Assembly: GCA_040954595.2 (NCBI GenBank)
Contig: CM082584.2
Coordinates: forward strand, 11,064,552-11,128,551
DNA: 64,000 nucleotides
Direction: 5' to 3'
Origin: Balanoglossus misakiensis
Taxonomy: Eukaryota > Animalia > Hemichordata
In this document: in pieces, positions 58,201 to 64,000 of the stretch
Position numbering within the stretch: the first letter of the stretch is position 1
Layout of the letters: every line of letters starts with the position of its first letter
The notes under the pieces: generated by a model
Seen by the model: the letters and a program-made list of their open reading frames with translations, nothing else
What the model was told of the DNA's origin: nothing
Database searches by the model: none
Translations under genes and position numbers: made by a program

Positions 58201-61200
58201 TCGGTGATCTGGAAAACAGCAGTGGCAAGGTGAGGGTGCCCTTTAACCCTTTCACTCCAGTTCCCTCTGTAGAGGTCCAACTTTACCATAGAAAACCATG
58301 GATTTGGGCCGAGTTAACCCTGTTCACATATATTGTGTACACCACTCTGCATGTGCTCTGCTGCTAATATATCAAACACAGCTTTAATTAACATTAACTT
58401 TTATTGCAGGAAATGAATCCATTCTGTCGCAGCACTGACGACGTTGATATGCTAATAAAGCGTACAGTTCCACCAATGAGAGAACACATGGGCCAGGGGC
58501 ATGGGAGGACCATGAGAGCACCCTCGCACCATGTCCATCCAGGCGTGCCTGTGTTTGACGAGCTGTTGCGTGACACCATGCCTGCCAAACCAACATGGTC
58601 AACCCAACCTGTTCACAGGGACCCCGTGATTGCGCACGGCACACAGCTGATAGACATCTATGCCAAACACAAACGAGGTGACCATTTTTATCAATTCATC
58701 ACATTTTAAGTCCTTTTATAACACCTGAGCATTGGCAGTATTATTTGTCATACAAAGTGAAATTTCAAGTGTGTGGTATGGTATTGATGATGACTTCTAA
58801 TGATACCGTTATTTATGTTGACAGAGGCTGAAATCCGGTTGAAGTTAGAAAATCTGTATGTGATGTGGCAACAGAGGGGAGGCCATGCAAATATGCCCAT
58901 ATCGGTAAGTCTTTGTTGAATGACATTGTTTCGAGGAGGGAGATTGAAGGAAAGTTCTGTGGTATTTTTCGTGCGAAAACAAACTTCTCGGGAGGCTGGT
59001 ACCATCCAATGACATGCATTCTTTTATTTTGCACCCTGTAGGAAGACACCATAAAGCTTTTGAAAATGTCCTCCCGATTGGTCCATTACTGTGCAACGCC
59101 ATTGCTGTTCAGTCCAACATGGCGAAGCAAGGTGCTGATCGCTGACCAGGATGCTTCGGATCACGTCTTCACGGCCAGCACTTCCACGGAGAAACCGTTC
59201 GCCAATGAAGAGGCCTGGCACCACGAGTTGAGAGACGCCTTCGTCAAACATTACATCCAGTATCTGCTGCAGCTGGGATTCTCAATGGTGAACACAAGAC
59301 CCCCGTCACCTAAGACTGCAAGGTAAGTGTAGACTTGAGTGTCTTTGCATCATTTCATTGTTTATTTCACCAATAAGAAAAAGATCTGCCGAGTAAAAAT
59401 CAGCCAGGGGTCTTAACAGGGATATAAATGGGGATGGGCCTTTGCATGAGAAGGGGCTCTTACAGGGAGAGATACGGTTACTCTTTTCCCCTCTGCTTGT
59501 TTCTCACCCAGTCCCAGACTGCCCAGACAGATGAGAGGAGCCCCCAGGGGTGGCCCGGCCAATCGGACAGAGAGAAAACCAGCTCCTGAAATGTCAAAAC
59601 TGGAGTCACTCAGCCAATCCGGCACCAGCTTACACGGACCGGCTCAGTACCTGCACAAAGCTGTGCCGGGTGGTATCATGCTGATGGAACTGTCTTTCCA
59701 GGTGAGGGTTAAGGATCAACCCTGGAGATAACAAATTTGTTCTTTCAAAAGTATGCTGAGCATGTATTATTTGTGTGTATGTTTGTCAAAATCATGAACC
59801 CCTTTGAGGTACTTTATAAAAGTTGGTGTAAAGTGTCTCATGTTCTTTCATGTTGGTTGTTTTCTCACAGTATTGCTATTTTATTGTGAAGATGTATGCC
59901 TTAGAAGCTTCCAGACTTCCGGCGGGGAGGGCGGTTAATCCTCAGGTAGGACAGAAAATCCACTTAGTATATAAGAAGTGTGATGCTGACTCTAACAGAA
60001 TGGAAACCTTTTCTGATAGTCTGTTTTTTATTTCTATTTTCTTTCCTTCATCTGTAGGCGTCAACGTACTCAGATTGGCCAAGGCCGTCTAAAGTATTTA
60101 TACACTTATAATTATAGTCAAGATTGTTTGGTTTGGGAGTGCTACGCATGTAACTGTTGCTAGTGTTATCATCAGCCTAAAATTAGCGCATAGATACATC
60201 ATGCTGTAACTTAGCAATTCCATAGGCCCTCGAATTTTGGCTAAATGTGATGCCTCTAGATTTGCTTGACTATAATGTGGTGTATGTACGTAGAAAGCAA
60301 GGTAGAGGTGTTAACCTATGAAGGGATACAATATACATATTAAGGTTGATTTTTAACCTTTAATCATAAAGATTGTTCCTTTCACTAAGCAAGCCTTTAA
60401 TCCATTTTCAATAAAATTGCCATTGTAGTGATGCTAAACTGCTAATTCTTTCTCTAAACTTGGCAAAAAAGAATCACCTCCTTTGTATAATTTATTAAAG
60501 CTACTTTCTACTTTGAAACATTGTTGCAAGTCAAATGTTGGAGAGAATACCAGTACAGGAGTCTTGAGAAGGTTTGATGCAGATTAATCTGCTATTGGTG
60601 AAGTTGCTTTGATACATCAAATATGTAGGTTTTGCATTTTCAAATGTTCATTGCACAGCATTCTAAGAAAATGAACATAATTTTGATGCCTGCATGCAAA
60701 CTCTTGGTTTGTTATGATTGAATCCAAAGCATGTTTTTTCTTTGCATATTTCACTACAATGTGGACTGTTTATTTATATATTTGCGTTTATTTTTTTTGT
60801 CATCTTTCAGCTGTCGGTCTTGTTCACTCATGAATGTGACAAGTTTAAAGATCTGGTTCACGTGCACTCGTTCACGTACGACTTCCATCTTCGCTGCATC
60901 CAAACGTACTTGGGAAACCGACAACTCATCTTCAAGCAGGGCTACGATGTCGTAGGCTGCCTGTCAGACTTCATCAAGCACTACAACCCTGGTCCAAACT
61001 TCTCCAGAAACCACATCTTTGAAGGTAAGCAATCCTCAGTTCCATTAATGGCTTTTTCAACTTTCACTGAATTGTGTTTCTGATAGCTGTACTCATGGAC
61101 AGCCATTTTTCTTTTCTCCACCAATGATAGTTACAATCTATTAATCTTTTTCAGGTGACTTAAGTTTCCATAGTGAGCACACCCCGGCCTGCTTGTTGTA

Positions 61201-62603
61201 TGACTTCATGTTACAGCACGCCAACATGTATGGTATGAGAGCTGTACGTGTGGTGAAGGCGCCAAGTGACAGCGAAAACACTGAAATTAGGGACCATGAG
61301 TACATTATGGTAATGACATTTTTCTCTGTACATGTAGAAGTACTGCTCAATATTGATGCATTTGCTTCACTGTCTTCTAAACAAGACTGGTTCCTGATAA
61401 GAAATTCACTTTTGCTTTTTTTGTAGGTGAATACGTATCCGAGATCAGGAACGTATGAAGACAAAGATGGCTTCAAGCACTTCGACGACTTTGAAGTCGG
61501 CATCATCATCTTCCACGATAAAAACCCCAGCAGCAGAGAGCGTGAAGTGCGACCAAAGAGCGAGAAGGAGCTCTTGGCGAAAGTGACGACGTCTGCGGTC
61601 GAACCACCCGGGAGCGAGAACAAGAAATACCTCCTCAGACTGAAATACTATGTCATTCTGACCAGCCGCAAAGACCTCTTCCCAAAACTGACTCTGACCA
61701 AACAACTGGGGAAGCTTCGCAGCAGCGACATCCCGCCGCGTGAAACCACACACGGATACCTGCAGACGTTGGTGCAGGCCAAGGTGTCGGCCGAAAAGAT
61801 CGGCATCATCATCCGACAAGCCGGGATGCATTGTCGCAGGGACACGCTGTGGCAGAGGCTGTTTGTCAGGGAGCTCAGCGAAGACGAGATCAAGGAAAGC
61901 AAGAAGAAAAAGAAGAAGGCTGTGACGGGAGAAAGCGAAGACAAGGTAAAGTTGATAACGCCAAGGGCTGTTTTGCTGTTCCCCATGTAGTGTATATGTG
62001 GTAAAAAAATCTAAGGTGTACACCGTCTCAAAAATACCAATGTTTCCAGTTCACTTTACTAACGCTTTGTATTTCTACCTGACAGCCGACCAAACTGTCC
62101 TTTGCCGAGTTCAATGAACTCTTGAAGAGTGCTCACAGCACACCACTGACGAACATTGACGGCCAGCTAGCACCTTTACTCACCATGCCCGATAGCTGGT
62201 ACGAGAGACTGATGCAGGTGTTACAGACCAAGTTTTCGGAGACAAGTCGTCTCTTCACATCCCCCGACGCATCTGTGAAATATCTGGCCATTCTCAACCC
62301 CCACTTCCTGGACATGATGATGCTGCTCTCCGTGGATAACCAGTCGAAGAAAACTGTAAGTGTTTCCATATTGTGCACGAACAGGTGGTCATTATCAGAC
62401 AATTTTGCTAGCCGTGAAACCAGATGTTGTTCATATTGCTTAACAGAAGGAGTGCTTTCCATCTCTTTCAGGATTTGTGTGCTGTTTATAGAGAACCAAT
62501 GAAAGAGCCAGATCACCCGGATAAGATAATGATGGCCATTCATGACCATGTCGAGGATGTTGTCAACGTAGCATGCTATCATATGTGGGCTTGTATCGTT
62601 TAA
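33303..62603 (+). CDS. SZT2: KICSTOR complex scaffold protein SZT2 (~62 traced exons)
   Basis: Exon 1 33303-33335 ([11 protein letters not shown]). Exon 2 from 34442 ([26 protein letters not shown]). Further conserved blocks: [104 protein letters not shown]. Last exon 62472-62603 ends [13 protein letters not shown]. Reading frame holds across all traced junctions. Confidence 0.97.
33911..34256 (+). repeat. Compound trinucleotide microsatellite (TCC)n(TCA)n...(ACA)n in SZT2 intron 1
   Basis: About 345 bp of TCA repeats with three recurring TCT-TCA-CCA-CCA interruptions. Explains the poly-S and poly-M ORFs in the track. Confidence 0.97.
37075..37112 (+). repeat. (GA)n-rich tract in an SZT2 intron
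   Basis: gagagggagagaaagagagagagagagagaga. Confidence 0.8.
39350..39392 (+). repeat. (GATT)n tetranucleotide microsatellite in an SZT2 intron
   Basis: ttgattgatttattggttgattgattgattgattgattgatt directly upstream of the acceptor at 39407. Confidence 0.85.
54075..54173. mobile_element. Degenerate copy of the TTAA-flanked MITE-like family
   Basis: ttccacccc...tccattgtt...tggt..aattggacc...aggggtggaagtgTTAA shares internal blocks with 19335-19427. Confidence 0.5.
58243..58317. mobile_element. Copy of the TTAA-flanked MITE-like family, reverse orientation, with a deletion near one end
   Basis: ttaaccctttcactccagttccctctgtagaggtccaactttaccatagaaaaccatggatttggg aligns by eye to the reverse complement of 19335-19427 (ttaacccattcacccctagttgcctctttagaggtccaattttaccatagaaaacaatggatctgg). 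Confidence 0.7.
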
Positions 62604-63858
62604 GAGATGTAGAAAAAAATCCAGGCGTCGGCACAGGTTCACACATGTTCACACACCAAATTCTTCGCACATCCTGTGGAGAGACCTGTTTCACCAACAG
62701 GGCAATGTTGGCCAGAGTTTTTCACAGAGTAAAAAAATAATTTGGGCTTCCACATACTGGAATGTCGACTGTGCAATACTGAGTTATTAAAAAGTTGCGC
62801 AGGAAAGTTAAATTTCCCCGGTCGAATTTTACCAATTTGAAAGGATTAATACTCGTTTCAAGAGCTGAAAAACATAGTTATGAGCTATACAGTACAGCAA
62901 TATGTAGTCTACTAGTGTACAAGTCATTTACAAAGTGACAGAGAGAGAGAGTGTAGGTGCTGTAGTTGATTGTCTCTTTCTGAGGAAAACTCGAGAGGTT
63001 GTGATATGAAGAAAATGGCCATTTGTCAGTATTTTCATGGTGGATTTTGCAGTTACTTTATTCGGAGGAATCTTTGCTAAATAATGAGAGCCAACGTACT
63101 AAAACTTCTGATGATGATTGTTGTTGTTGTTTGTTGTTGGGTGTGATGCATTTTTTTGGTGCTTACATGCCTTGCGAGGTGATTAAATTACAGAAACAAC
63201 GTGTTCTATTTCTTCCAGCAAAAAGACTTTTTCGGGCAGTGCCAAATGGTATAGACAGTATTTTTATGCTATGAACAAATGTACATGTGGCAAGAAAAGT
63301 AATTGTCATGTTATGTTCACAGACAAAAGAAAAGGATGACTGGTATTTAATTGCTAAGTTTTGAATGTAGTCTTTTTGTGTTAACTTCTAACAGTTTTGG
63401 TATTAATCATGCAAGTTCTACTGGATGTGATATGTAAATTTGTTGGGAGTGTAAAAATGTACATGATCGAGAATAAAAAAACTTAATTTGTACAGGTTTT
63501 CTTCTCGTAAACTGTATAGCATTTAGTAGAGTTTTCAAAACTGACATGATGTGAGGTATATACACAACAAATGGCAAAGTTTTTCGTTTTTCTACTCAAA
63601 AAGGGTCGTTTCTAAATTAATCTTTAATAATAAAAGAAAAACGAAAATCGTATCACGAAAATGACTTGCAAGCTTGCGCCCTCTCAGCTCAGATTCTTAT
63701 GCGTGAGGATGACCCTTGACCTCATACACAGCTGAAGGGTTCCCTGAGAAGTTCAGTGAACTTTCCGAAGGACTCTGATCTGAATTTGTCTCGTTATCAC
63801 CGAGGATTGTGATCAATGTCACATTGAGAAATCATAACGTTAGTGTGGCACAGCTAAA

Positions 63859-63996
63859 ATGGGTAAAATATTGAAAGGGATCGCTATTTCGGTGGTTGTA
63901 ATCGCGTTCTTTCTGTACACACCGTGTCCCTACGGGATAGCCGAGCCCGGAAGACTGACAGCGCTAAATGCCCTCGCAAGGACGGCTAGGTTCACA
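63859..63996 (+). CDS. First coding exon of an arylacetamide deacetylase / neutral cholesterol ester hydrolase-like (AADAC/NCEH1 family) membrane-anchored esterase; continues beyond the window
   Basis: 138-bp exon ending ACA|gtaa encodes MGKILKGIAISVVVIAFFLYTPCPYGIAEPGRLTALNALARTARFT. It resembles the AADAC N-terminus: basic start, TM anchor, YTPxP..xEP motif. The catalytic domain is not in the window. Not present in the ORF track. Confidence 0.75.
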
Positions 63997-64000
63997 GTAA

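Noticed and set aside
63880-64000. GC-rich window end initially suggestive of a structured ncRNA
   Set aside because: Fully explained as the first coding exon of an AADAC/NCEH1-like gene.

Overview
Gene-dense eukaryotic DNA from an invertebrate animal: AT-rich, with mostly 80-300 bp GT-AG introns. A non-vertebrate deuterostome is plausible but not provable from sequence. Manual splice and phase tracing gives eight protein-coding genes, in order: 5' part of cystinosin CTNS (-); MRPL55 (+, head-to-head with CTNS); a METTL24-like methyltransferase (+); a large uncharacterised N-terminal LRR/LRRcap protein (+); CARM1/PRMT4 (+); MED8 (-, tail-to-tail with CARM1); SZT2 (+, ~62 exons, head-to-head with MED8 as in human); and the first exon of an AADAC/NCEH1-like esterase (+). 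Most ORFs in the supplied track are exon fragments or shadow ORFs. The main unexplained structure is that nearly every unusually long intron of SZT2 and CARM1 hides a frame-preserving candidate microexon or cassette exon, often with UGCAUG motifs nearby. Also seen: three GC-AG introns, a minimal uORF 2 nt upstream of the LRR start, and a dispersed ~90 bp TTAA-flanked MITE-like repeat family. No prokaryotic-type system, CRISPR array, tRNA or rRNA was seen. All identifications come from recalled protein motifs, not database searches.
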